From Candidatus Multivoradales bacterium (GTDB taxonomy: Bacteria > Acidobacteriota > Thermoanaerobaculia > Multivoradales > JAHEKO01): 64,000 nucleotides of DNA. The stretch lies in NCBI GenBank assembly GCA_965223855.1, contig CBDCXM010000009.1, positions 2,320,900-2,384,899 of the forward strand. The letters are read 5' to 3'. The notes under the pieces are model-generated. The model saw only the letters and a list, made by a program, of their open reading frames with translations. It had not been told where the DNA came from and did not search any database. Below are positions 21,180-30,097 of the stretch, piece by piece. The position numbers were made by a program, and so were the translations under genes. Each line of letters begins with the position of its first letter. Position 1 is the first letter of the stretch.

Positions 21180-21722
21180 ATGACGTCTCACTGGAAGACT
21201 GCACCCGTCCGATGGCGGCGGAAACGCAGGACACGTCAGCACGTGCTTGCCGACCTCGCCGTGAACCATGCTGAGCGGCAGATCATACTCCGCGGTTTCT
21301 CGGTCGACCGGGTCGAACACGACTACGGATTCGATCTGGTCATGACCACATACGATGCGGACGGCATGATCGAGAATGGACAGGTCATGATCCAAGTCAA
21401 GGGGCAGGACAAGTCGCCGGTCATGTCCGCGAAAGAGAGCTTGCCGTTTCGCCTCGATCGCCGAGATCTGGACCTCTGGCTCCGGGAGCCGGAACCCGTA
21501 ATTCTAGCCGTCTACGACGGCTCGACCTCCGAGGCCTACTGGTTGTACGTCCAGGCCCATTTCGAGGCCCAAGGCATCACCAACCCCTATGAGATGCCTC
21601 GCACTGTCACAGTCCACGTGCCGTTGACTAACAAGCTCGATCCCGACGCGATCTCCGAGTTGGCCCGCTTGCGCGACAACATGATGGCGCAGATCATGGG
21701 AAGGATTAGGCACTGTGAATGA
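21180..21722 (+). CDS. DUF4365-family PD-(D/E)XK protein
   Basis: RRTRQHVLADLAVNH, DYGFDL, IQVKG, PVILAVYD, AYWLYVQ. Confidence 0.8.
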   Translation: MTSHWKTAPVRWRRKRRTRQHVLADLAVNHAERQIILRGFSVDRVEHDYGFDLVMTTYDADGMIENGQVMIQVKGQDKSPVMSAKESLPFRLDRRDLDLWLREPEPVILAVYDGSTSEAYWLYVQAHFEAQGITNPYEMPRTVTVHVPLTNKLDPDAISELARLRDNMMAQIMGRIRHCE

Positions 21723-21816
21723 TCCACTGACGTACCGCGGCTTGCACGAGTTCCTACTCTCCCTCGGTTTCCAGAGGCACACGGTCCCCGGCTTAGAGGT
21801 TCCACACGATTCCTGA
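21715..21816 (+). pseudogene. Truncated HicA-like small gene coupled to DUF4365
   Basis: GTG overlapping DUF4365 stop; NDPLTYRGLHEFLLSLGFQRHTVPG then stop after 33 codons. Confidence 0.4.
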
Positions 21817-22024
21817 GGAGTCGCCGCGGTCCCCTCTGGCGATCGGGTCATTGGCCCCCTGCGACTCTCAGCAGTCCCACGAAATCTGCTTTCGCCTGCC
21901 TCTCGGGTCGGTTTCGCCGGCGATAGCGTCGGATTTGAGCTCGAGAATGCCTACGGGGTGTAGTCCGGGCGCAGCGGTGCTCCCCAGCTGGCGCTGGGCT
22001 GTCCGTTCTCGAGACTCGGCTGAC

Positions 22025-22927
22025 CTAAGCTTTCAGCGGGACGAAGCCTGCCCCGGGTCGGAAGCACCCGGCTGGGAACTCCGCAGCTCTTCCTCTTCTC
22101 AGGTCTTCGCTGGCCTGACGGTAGGCGAGGACGACGAGGGCGTAGGCTCCCTCGAGAGCTCTACGCATGCGGCCTTCGATCGCGTGGAAGCGCGGTGCCG
22201 GCGTGCGCTTGTCGGGCGAATTCGGCCGATCGTGAGGGTGCTGTCGGAGGATGGCGTCTCGACCGAGGACCTTGTCGGGAGCCTCCTCCTCGATCTGCTT
22301 GACCATCCGGCGCACTTCCGCTCGCCAGTGGCTCTCTGGCTCGTGCTCCCAACAGGGCAGGGGCGAGAGCTCGAGGCGCTCTCTCGAGGCGAAGAGGGCG
22401 TCGGGGTTGGGTTCGCCTCTCTCGTGAGCCCGGTATTGCTCGGTTCGGTCGATCCAGACACCCTCGAGCGGATCGTCCTGGAGCAGGGCTTTCGTCGAGC
22501 TCGCTCCCGGCCAGTGCCTCGGTGAGGCGACCAGTCCTTCCTTGCAGCCCTGGGCCAGGAGGTAGCGGAGTCTCCCGATCTGCGCTGCGGGTTCGTCGGA
22601 CACATGGATGTCGACGTAGCGCCGGCCGAAGATCTTCTCTTTCCAGTGGTGGAGCCTTCCGACTTCGCGGGCGATCTTGGAGTTGACGTAGCGCATGAAG
22701 TCGGCGAGCTGCCTGGCGTCTTCCGGGTAGAGCAGCATGTGGCAGTGGTTCGACAGGAAGACGAACGCGCACACTCGCATCCTGTAGCGCTCCTGGCCGC
22801 GGGCGAGGGCGCCGAGGATGATCTCGTTGAGCGCCGGCGAGGGGCGCAGCAGGAAGCGGCGCTGGAGGGTGCGGCAGGTGACTTCTACCAGGGCTTGTGA
22901 GGGCAGATAGCGAATCTTGCGTGCCAT
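22025..22927 (-). CDS. REP-associated tyrosine transposase (RAYT)-like HUH/Y1 transposase
   Basis: VEVTCRT, FVFLSNHCHML (HuH), IFGRRY, RYLLAQGCKEGLV, WPGASS; ATG at 22927; no tnpB nearby. Confidence 0.85.
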   Translation of the reverse strand: MARKIRYLPSQALVEVTCRTLQRRFLLRPSPALNEIILGALARGQERYRMRVCAFVFLSNHCHMLLYPEDARQLADFMRYVNSKIAREVGRLHHWKEKIFGRRYVDIHVSDEPAAQIGRLRYLLAQGCKEGLVASPRHWPGASSTKALLQDDPLEGVWIDRTEQYRAHERGEPNPDALFASRERLELSPLPCWEHEPESHWRAEVRRMVKQIEEEAPDKVLGRDAILRQHPHDRPNSPDKRTPAPRFHAIEGRMRRALEGAYALVVLAYRQASEDLRRGRAAEFPAGCFRPGAGFVPLKA

Positions 22928-22997
22928 GCCCTTGCAGACGGAGGGCCTACGGGAGATCTCACGCATTTGTGTGGCACCCATCGAGGGGGCCCGCTCC

Positions 22998-23903
22998 TCA
23001 GTCGCCCAGCTCCAGTCGCTGCGCCTCGTCCCACAGGCGCGATCGGCGAAGCAGTTCCGGCCGAACGGCCGGCGGAAGCTGATCGTACTCGGGGATGCTC
23101 GCTCCGATCTCCTCTCGAGGGAAGAGGAGCACCCCATCGGCGAGCTCTCCTGCAAGGAATCTGTCCAGGCGCTTTCGACTCCAGACTTCGCCGAGCATTC
23201 GGTGGCCGGCCGTGCCTCCTGGAGTCACCAACATCCAGGACCCCAGCGCGTCGAAGGCCGGATGGTCCCGAAGGTGAGCCGCGACCGAGAGCACCGCCGC
23301 ACCTTCCGTACCTCGCTCGCGCCAGGACCTGGCGATGCGCTCGCAGTGGAGGTTGCCGAAGAGCCAGAGCTGCGGAAGAGGTGCTGCGGCGGCAAGTCTC
23401 TCCGCCTCCACGAGTTTCTCGCGCTGGAGCCAGGGGACGAGGTCCTCGGCGAGGTGTATCTGATCCCAGGGGATGGGGAGTGAGGCGCCTACGATCCGCA
23501 CCCTCGGCCTGGCACTCTCGCGATTGATCGACTGGGCCGCCCGCAGGAACTCCTCGTAGCCGGGGTGCTCCCAGGCGATTCCCAGGCCGGCGTCCCTCCA
23601 GATCGGCCGGAGCTCGTCGCGCGACATCGGGGCTTGCTCGATCACAAAGCGATCGAGCAGGGCCTGGTGGGCCGGGGCTGCAAACTCCGCTAGGACCGTC
23701 AGCGACGGGAAGCGACTCGCAGCCGCGGATAGCACCTCGATGCGCAGTTGGCTCTCCTCCTCACCGCCGTGTTCCTCTCCAAGGCAGAGCCGGGGCGCGA
23801 GCTCCAGTACCAGGACTTCTGCAACGCTGATCCGCTGGTCGCAGCCGCTCAGTAGAAAGAGGGCCGTGGTGAGGGCGCTGATCAACGAGAGGTCCTTGTG
23901 CAT
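22998..23903 (-). CDS. Lipoprotein, ChaN/EreA/TraB-like fold
   Basis: Lipobox LSGC; LCLGEEHG, VLAEF, LFGNLH. Confidence 0.5.
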   Translation of the reverse strand: MHKDLSLISALTTALFLLSGCDQRISVAEVLVLELAPRLCLGEEHGGEEESQLRIEVLSAAASRFPSLTVLAEFAAPAHQALLDRFVIEQAPMSRDELRPIWRDAGLGIAWEHPGYEEFLRAAQSINRESARPRVRIVGASLPIPWDQIHLAEDLVPWLQREKLVEAERLAAAAPLPQLWLFGNLHCERIARSWRERGTEGAAVLSVAAHLRDHPAFDALGSWMLVTPGGTAGHRMLGEVWSRKRLDRFLAGELADGVLLFPREEIGASIPEYDQLPPAVRPELLRRSRLWDEAQRLELGD

Positions 23904-23990
23904 GGCGGTCGTCCCCCAGCATAGAGGCTAGCGATGCGGCCAAGGGGAGCACTTGAGCTGGGGTCGCCCGTCTCTCGAGTTGGCGAAATG

Positions 23991-24060
23991 CGGTGACAGG
24001 ATACTCATCACCGCCACATCACCGATCCTGCAGCGCCGGCGAATGAGTCACCTGTCACCG
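23991..24060. repeat. Inverted pair of REP-like repeats
   Basis: CGGTGACAGGATACTC (23991-24006) and GAGTCACCTGTCACCG (24045-24060). Confidence 0.8.
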
Positions 24061-24166
24061 CTACTCCCCGAGGACTGAGGCGCCCTGCGAATCGCGAGCA
24101 TCGCGACCAGCTGTAACGTCTCACGCCCGTCGGCCGCCTTCTCAGAAAAGAGGAAAGGAGCCCACG

Positions 24167-25897
24167 ATGCGCTTGTTCTGTGGATGGCTCGTGCTGTCAT
24201 CACTGCTGTCGACGCCCGTCATGGGGGGCGTGGCAGCGCCGCCTTCGGTGTGTGACGAGGTCCTGCACATACTCGTCGACGAGGAGGGTGCCGCCCGGAT
24301 GCCGGATTACGTCGCCGCCGACCGAGGGGTTGTGAAGCAGGAGCCAGTGGCGGGCTACCTGCTGAAGGAGCCGTCGACGGCTCGCTTCGAGCTCGAGGAC
24401 GGCACCTCCTGCGAGGTCGCGCTGGTTGCGGTGGATCGGTCGCGGCCGCGGGTTCGGATCGAGGTGGACCCGGGCCCCTACGAGGTCGGGTGGGTGCCGG
24501 AGGTCGCGATGGAGGTCTCCGACAACTCGGGGGAAGAGGGTCTTCAGACGGTGCTGCGTCTCGATGGAGAGGTGGTTGCGAGCTTCGACGATCCGGAGCT
24601 CTACATGGCAGGAACCCGGTGCCTGGAGGTCGAGGCGACGGACGCGGCCGGCAACGTGGGGTTCGCGGGCCGCTGCTTCGAGGTGCGTGACGACGAGATC
24701 GCCCGTCTCGGTGCGGATCTCGTCGGATTCGAGTGCGCCAGGGGGAGCGACGGGGTGGCGTTCGGGGTGCAGATGGCGATCGGCGCACCCGGCTTCGATG
24801 CGCTCGCCATCGAGCCCACCTCGTTGACGCTTCATGGGTACGCCAACGGTCAGTCGGTGACCAACGATCTCATTCAGATCCACGGGCTTTGGGACGATGG
24901 GTCCGAGTCCTACGGCACTACCTGCGGGGGGTACGTCGACTTCCGGGGGAGCGGTGGTCAGCTCGAGCGGTGCCCCGACGCCGTCGCGGTGCGCGGATTC
25001 CTGGTCGGCGGGGGGCAGTTCGTGGCCGTCTCGAATACTGGGCCGCAGGACCTGCGGCCCGGTGGGGGTGAGGCTGTCGGCAGAGAGCAGTGCGGTCCGC
25101 CGCGTGGGCTGGAGCCGCCGCCACGGGAGCGCGTCGACCCCTGTGATTGCACCTGGCAGAGCAACGTCGAGCGCGGCTACGACAGCGACAACGAGAGGAT
25201 TCCGACTCGAGTGTGCCCCTCGGGATCGCAGTTCGCTTCGGCAAACGCCTGGTCTCTCTTCGGAACTGCCAACGGCTTTGCCAACGCCGGAGATGCCTGT
25301 CACGGTGTGGCCAGGAGCAGCGTCGCGGTGATTGCGCAGAGCAGCGCCGAGCACTGGGTGACCTGCACGAAGGGGCGCTGCAGTGCCTCCGAGTGCTGCA
25401 AGCCCACTACACAGTGCGAGGCGAGGCCGTACTTCAAGGTCGACGGCGAGTTCATTCCGAACGCTCGGTGTGTCGCCGGCGCCAACATGAGGATCTCCGG
25501 CTGTGTCGAGGCCCAGGCCGTCGGCGCAGGCTATGCGTCCGGTGAGGACGTGAAGACCTACAGCATCGGAGGGCAGGCGGGCTCGCAGTCCGGCGTCAGT
25601 GCCTCGGTCGAGATCACTCCGGCGAACCTCTCCTCGACCGGTAACGCGCTCGTCTTCAACGACGACAAGTCGGCTTCGAACGGGGCCTGCTTCCAGCGGC
25701 TGAGCTCGAGCACGGCGATCAATCTGTCGTCGTACGCCGACAATCGGATCCTCTCGGTCTTTGGAGTCGTCGATGATGCCTACTGCCGCATCAAGCTCGA
25801 GGACTCGAAGGTCGGCGCGCGGGCAAGGTCGTGGTGCACCGACGGGTCGACCGCGCACACGTCGCCGATTTCGGCTTACGTCACGACCATCCCCTGA
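24167..25897 (+). CDS. Secreted hypothetical protein: Ig/HYR-like N-terminus, Cys-rich C-terminal domain
   Basis: Signal peptide, RBS AAAGGAG; VDRSRP...ATDAAGNVG; 14 Cys in the C-terminal ~245 aa. Confidence 0.7.
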   Translation: MRLFCGWLVLSSLLSTPVMGGVAAPPSVCDEVLHILVDEEGAARMPDYVAADRGVVKQEPVAGYLLKEPSTARFELEDGTSCEVALVAVDRSRPRVRIEVDPGPYEVGWVPEVAMEVSDNSGEEGLQTVLRLDGEVVASFDDPELYMAGTRCLEVEATDAAGNVGFAGRCFEVRDDEIARLGADLVGFECARGSDGVAFGVQMAIGAPGFDALAIEPTSLTLHGYANGQSVTNDLIQIHGLWDDGSESYGTTCGGYVDFRGSGGQLERCPDAVAVRGFLVGGGQFVAVSNTGPQDLRPGGGEAVGREQCGPPRGLEPPPRERVDPCDCTWQSNVERGYDSDNERIPTRVCPSGSQFASANAWSLFGTANGFANAGDACHGVARSSVAVIAQSSAEHWVTCTKGRCSASECCKPTTQCEARPYFKVDGEFIPNARCVAGANMRISGCVEAQAVGAGYASGEDVKTYSIGGQAGSQSGVSASVEITPANLSSTGNALVFNDDKSASNGACFQRLSSSTAINLSSYADNRILSVFGVVDDAYCRIKLEDSKVGARARSWCTDGSTAHTSPISAYVTTIP

Positions 25898-25939
25898 TCG
25901 GTGAGGAGTTAGGGGGCACCGCCTCTCCGAGTGGCGATT

Positions 25940-25956
25940 TGAGTATCCTGTCACCG
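25940..25956 (-). repeat. REP-like repeat copy
   Basis: TGAGTATCCTGTCACCG, perfect reverse complement of 23991-24007. Confidence 0.8.
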
Positions 25957-25969
25957 GGAAGCTGAGGAG

Positions 25970-27001
25970 ATGTCGGGAGGGATCTACATCCCAGCGTGGC
26001 TGGTCGCCGTGATCGTGCTCGCCGGGCTGGCGATCGTGGCTCTCGGCATCGTCGTCGCGCTGCTGGTGTGGTTCTTCGCCGCGCGTGAGGAGCGGATCCA
26101 CCGGTTCGAGCTCGATGCCGCTGACGGGCTGGTCGACCTTGGACCGATCCCGGTGACACTCGGGCCTCGAGACCCGGTCGGTGATGCCACCCGATACTTC
26201 CTCGCGAAGCGCGGGATGCCGGTGTTCGTGGTCCCCTTCGCCGACTACCTGAGGATCGGCTTCAAGGGTAGCGAGGCCGCTCGCGGGCGAATCGACGAGA
26301 AGCAGTTCGTCACGATCTCGCCGGTGTCCTGGTCGCTGGATCTGGCGCGCCGCCTCCAGTTCGAGAAGGTCAGTCCGGAGTCCGGCGTCGTGCCTTCCGG
26401 CACGTTGACCGACTATGCGTCGATTCCCTCGCCGTTGCGCTGGTTGGTCGGGCAGCCGACCGGCCTGGTGGCTCGCGCGGCGATCGTGCACGACTTCGGC
26501 TATCGCAGCGACGCCGCTGCCGAGCGTTCGACCGCGCGTCGCCGCGACTGGGACCGCACGATGCTCAAGCTGATGCGCCAGGACGGGGTCAGCCCCGCCC
26601 GCCGGATCCTCATCTATTGGGGGGTGCGGCTCGGGGGCGGCAGAGCCTATCGGGCCGGGTCGGATCGGCTTGGCGACACGGAGTATCAGGAGCTGCTCGA
26701 GTCCGTGGCGTCGCGGACAGAGGACTTTCTTCGCGAGCTGCCCGGGCTGTTCGATCTCGAAGGCCTGGCCGCGCTCGAGAAGGGCGATCTGAAGCCACGG
26801 CCGCAGAGGGTTGTCGTTGGATACAGGCCCCGACCGGGCTTCGAAAGGGTGATCGAGATGCAGGACGAACTGACCTATGGGACCCGTCATCCGACTGACG
26901 AGGACAGGCAAGCCAAGGCGGAGGAGCTCCGCGGCGGCCCGATGAAGCGGCTCTGGACCGCTACCGGGGCGCGGGTCGTGCGGGCGCTGCGCGGGTACTG
27001 A
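25970..27001 (+). CDS. Membrane-anchored DUF1353-domain protein
   Basis: TDYASIP, AAIVHDFGY, RRDWD...IYWGVRLGG. Confidence 0.75.
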   Translation: MSGGIYIPAWLVAVIVLAGLAIVALGIVVALLVWFFAAREERIHRFELDAADGLVDLGPIPVTLGPRDPVGDATRYFLAKRGMPVFVVPFADYLRIGFKGSEAARGRIDEKQFVTISPVSWSLDLARRLQFEKVSPESGVVPSGTLTDYASIPSPLRWLVGQPTGLVARAAIVHDFGYRSDAAAERSTARRRDWDRTMLKLMRQDGVSPARRILIYWGVRLGGGRAYRAGSDRLGDTEYQELLESVASRTEDFLRELPGLFDLEGLAALEKGDLKPRPQRVVVGYRPRPGFERVIEMQDELTYGTRHPTDEDRQAKAEELRGGPMKRLWTATGARVVRALRGY

Positions 27002-27028
27002 AGTCCTTCTCTGCGCCACGATTCGGAA

Positions 27029-27081
27029 GAGTGGTGACAGGCCACTCATCGGCCGCCGAGTCCGTAACCGGCCTGTCACGG
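27029..27081. repeat. Degenerate inverted pair of REP-like repeats
   Basis: GAGTGGTGACAGGCCACTC (27029-27047) and GCCTGTCACGG (27071-27081). Confidence 0.6.
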
Positions 27082-27133
27082 CCTCCTTCCTACCCTCCAC
27101 TCACAACGCCGAAGTGGAGTGGAGGAGCACGCC

Positions 27134-28642
27134 ATGAACCCGACGCCCAGGATCGCACTTGTCGCAGTCAGCCTAGCCTTCGTTCTCGAGGCCGCTGCCG
27201 CGGCGCAACCCCAGATCACGAACCTCAACGCAACTTCGCTCCCGCGAAGCGGACGTCTCGCCATCACCGGCAGCGGCTTCGGGACGGACGGTCAGGTGCT
27301 GGTGGGCGGGCTTCCGGCCTGGGTTTCGACCTGGCTGCCCGGGCGGATCGTCGCCTACGTGCCCGAAGCGCTCGACGTCGGCGACGCGCTCGTCGTCGTC
27401 GAAGTGGACAGCCAGCAGAGCAACTCGATGACGCTCGACGTCACGACCCGGGAGAGCGACGGGCGCCTGCGCTGGACCTTCGAGATCGACTCGGAGTCGC
27501 TCTACTACCGGCCCGCCGAGGCGCCGGACGGGACGCTCTACGTTCACGGCCGGAGCCTCGAAGGGGGCGGCACCGGTCGGGTCTATGCGATCGCGCCGGA
27601 CGGCGCTCTCAAGTGGATCGTTGATGTCGATTCCCACGCCGGAGCGCCACCCGCGGCCGGCCCCGACAACGAGGTCTACGTCGGCACGTTCAGCAAGCTC
27701 TACCGGATCTCCTCCGCCGGGGACATCGACTGGGTGTTCCAGGGAGATGTCATCCGATCGGGAGCCGCCGTCTCTCCGGAGGGGGTGGTGTACGCCGGGT
27801 TCGAGCATCCGCCCGAGGCCGTCGCCCTCGACGCCGTCACCGGCGATGTGATCTGGACGCTCTCACCCGGTCTCAGCGCCTTCGGCACCGGCGGGAACGA
27901 GACCCGACTCGGCCGGACCGCGCCGGGCGGCCCCATCGACCGGATCTACTTCTGGTGGGACGCGCTGGCCGCCTTCAGCACTGACGGCGACCATCTGTTC
28001 ACGACTGCCGCCGGCAATATCTACGACCACGAAGTGGGCATCGGCTCGGACGGCACGCTCTACTCGCCGGCGAACTTCGAGAGCGACCTGGTGGCGCTGA
28101 GCCCTTGGAACGGCAGCGTCATGTGGCTCGCGGACAGTCCGTGGCTGGCCGGTACCTCGGACGTCGAGGTCGGGCCGGACGACACGCTCTACTTCGTCAG
28201 CGACGGGCGCTGGATCGACGCGTTCGATCCGGATACCCAGAGCACCATCTGGCGCCACGACATGTTTCACTGGCTGCGCCGGCCGTCGCTGAGCCCGGAC
28301 GGGAGCCTCCTGCTGGCCGCCGGTGGAGGCGGTTGCTCCGCCCAGCAGGGCTGCGTCGCCGCCTTCGTCAAGGCGTTCGAGACCGAGGGTGGCTCAGAGC
28401 TCTGGCAGCTGGACTTCGACGAGTGGGATCCGACCTGCTTCAGCATCCCGTGGGACCACGCCCGAGTGTCGGCCGACAGTCAGACCGCACACCTCATCGC
28501 CATGGTCGGGGGCACCTGCGATCAGAACGACCAGCGGAGCCTCGTCTGGTCGGTCGACCTGGCCGACCCGCTCGGGCCGGACGTGTTCAGCGACGGGTTC
28601 GAGAGTGGGGACACCTCGGCCTGGTCGCAGACCGTGCAGTAG
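27134..28642 (+). CDS. Secreted IPT/TIG + PQQ-like beta-propeller protein with C-terminal DGFESGD motif
   Basis: Signal peptide; LAITGSGFG; repeated DGTLY / W-x-F blades; ends DVFSDGFESGDTSAWSQTVQ. Confidence 0.75.
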   Translation: MNPTPRIALVAVSLAFVLEAAAAAQPQITNLNATSLPRSGRLAITGSGFGTDGQVLVGGLPAWVSTWLPGRIVAYVPEALDVGDALVVVEVDSQQSNSMTLDVTTRESDGRLRWTFEIDSESLYYRPAEAPDGTLYVHGRSLEGGGTGRVYAIAPDGALKWIVDVDSHAGAPPAAGPDNEVYVGTFSKLYRISSAGDIDWVFQGDVIRSGAAVSPEGVVYAGFEHPPEAVALDAVTGDVIWTLSPGLSAFGTGGNETRLGRTAPGGPIDRIYFWWDALAAFSTDGDHLFTTAAGNIYDHEVGIGSDGTLYSPANFESDLVALSPWNGSVMWLADSPWLAGTSDVEVGPDDTLYFVSDGRWIDAFDPDTQSTIWRHDMFHWLRRPSLSPDGSLLLAAGGGGCSAQQGCVAAFVKAFETEGGSELWQLDFDEWDPTCFSIPWDHARVSADSQTAHLIAMVGGTCDQNDQRSLVWSVDLADPLGPDVFSDGFESGDTSAWSQTVQ

Positions 28643-28652
28643 GTCTCGGAAT

Positions 28653-28680
28653 CGGGGTGCTCCTCTAGAGATGCACCCCG
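28653..28680. terminator. Hairpin between convergent genes
   Basis: CGGGGTGC...GCACCCCG. Confidence 0.45.
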
Positions 28681-28713
28681 GAGGTGCGACGCGAAACCTG
28701 AGAAGGCCGGCTC

Positions 28714-30009
28714 TCAGCCCAGCCCGCTTTGCAGTACCCCGTGCATCGCCTCGACAAACCGATCGACCTCATCCAACGTCGAGTACACGCTAGGCGACAC
28801 CCGAATCCCCTCGAACTCGTCATGCTCGATGCCGACGGTGAAGATGCGGTGACGCTCCCATAGGAAGTCGGCGAGAGCCTTCGTGTCAACGCCTTCGACC
28901 TGCACGGTGGCGATCCCGCAGGCGAACCCCGGTTCGAGACTGGTATGCAGCCGGACGCGGTCGTGCGTGAGGAGTTCCCTGGCCCACCGATCCCGCAGGT
29001 AGATCATCCGCTGCTCCTTGGCTTTGGCGCCGAGGCCGCGATGGAAGGCGAGCGCCTCGGCAATCGCCAGATAGTTGGCGGCGGGGTGGGTGCCAATTTC
29101 CTCGAACTTGCGGATGTCGGCTTCCATCTTCTCGGGCGCCGCGGTCAGCGGCCAGAGGTCGGCGATGCGGTCCTTGCGCACGTAGAGCATGCCGGTGCCG
29201 TGCGGGGCGAAGAGCCACTTGTGAAGGCTCGTCGCGTAGTAGTCGCAGTCGAGGTCGGCGTGGTCGAAGTCGAAGTGGGCGAACGCGTGCGCGCCGTCGA
29301 CGATCACCGGGATGTCGCGCTCCCTGGCCATGGCGACGACCTCTTTCACCGGCAGGATCTGGCCGGTGAGGTTGATCATGTGGCACATCAGGATGAGCCG
29401 GGTGCGCTCGGTGATGTGCGCCTCGAAGAGCCTCACGATCTCGGCCGGGTCCTCGGCCGGGATGGGAATCTTGAACTGGCGCAGGACGATCCCCTCGCGT
29501 CGTTCGCGCTGCTTGAAGGTGGTCACCATGCGGCCGTAGTCCTGGGTGGTGGTCAGCACTTCGTCGCCCGCCTCGAGGTCGAAGCCGAGCTGGCAGATCT
29601 GGAGGCCCTCGGAGGCGTTGCGGGTGAGCGCGATCTCTTCGGCGTCGCAGCCGAAGGCGCGCGCCAGGCTCGCGCGCACCGGCTCTCGCTGCGGCTCGAG
29701 GATGCGCCACATCGTGTAGGGCGGCGCGGTGTTGGAGTAGTCGAGGTGGCGCTTCATCGCCTCTTGCACCACCGCCGGAGACGGGCTGACGCCGCCGTTG
29801 TTGAAGTTGATGATCGAGCGGTCGACGGTGAACGCCTGCTGTGCCTCGAACCAGAAGGACTCGTCGCGGGCGAGGTCGGCAGGGTGCTCGCTCGCGCCGG
29901 CGAGATCGTTGAGCACGGCATGGGCGCGCTCGGGGTCGAGGGTGGCTGCGGCGGCTGCCGCACCGACGGGCGCTGCGATACGAGTCAGGAAGCTTCGGCG
30001 ATCGAGCAT
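28714..30009 (-). CDS. Tat-exported class V aminotransferase (isopenicillin N epimerase/cysteine desulfurase-like)
   Basis: DRRSFL twin-arginine signal; LTRNASEG, VDGAH, TSLHKWL. Confidence 0.85.
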   Translation of the reverse strand: MLDRRSFLTRIAAPVGAAAAAATLDPERAHAVLNDLAGASEHPADLARDESFWFEAQQAFTVDRSIINFNNGGVSPSPAVVQEAMKRHLDYSNTAPPYTMWRILEPQREPVRASLARAFGCDAEEIALTRNASEGLQICQLGFDLEAGDEVLTTTQDYGRMVTTFKQRERREGIVLRQFKIPIPAEDPAEIVRLFEAHITERTRLILMCHMINLTGQILPVKEVVAMARERDIPVIVDGAHAFAHFDFDHADLDCDYYATSLHKWLFAPHGTGMLYVRKDRIADLWPLTAAPEKMEADIRKFEEIGTHPAANYLAIAEALAFHRGLGAKAKEQRMIYLRDRWARELLTHDRVRLHTSLEPGFACGIATVQVEGVDTKALADFLWERHRIFTVGIEHDEFEGIRVSPSVYSTLDEVDRFVEAMHGVLQSGLG

Positions 30010-30097
30010 GGGCTCCTCCTCGGGGGTGACGGGGTGAGGAGGATTGTACGGCAGGCCTCTGGGGCCAGGTGCTGCAGAGTAGTGGCGCGCGAATGAT

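Larger units (their letters stand above)
11727..21816. mobile_element. Decayed integrative element / defence island at tRNA-Phe (right boundary uncertain)
   Basis: Begins at tRNA 3' end; excisionase-like HTH, coupling ATPase, tyrosine integrase, nuclease/helicase cargo; more AT-rich codons (CTA, AGA, TTA) than flanks by eye; no attR copy found. Confidence 0.75.

Noticed and set aside
22025-22927. IS200/IS605 element with RNA-guided TnpB
   Set aside because: No tnpB/iscB ORF is adjacent, and the protein has RAYT-like length and motifs.
21949-22953. GCCTACGGG direct repeat on both sides of the RAYT as a target-site duplication
   Set aside because: Y1/HUH transposases do not make TSDs, and a 9-bp GC-rich match can arise by chance.
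11727-23000. attR duplicate of the tRNA-Phe 3' end
   Set aside because: Searched the intergenic regions by eye and found no copy, so the right boundary is not called precisely.
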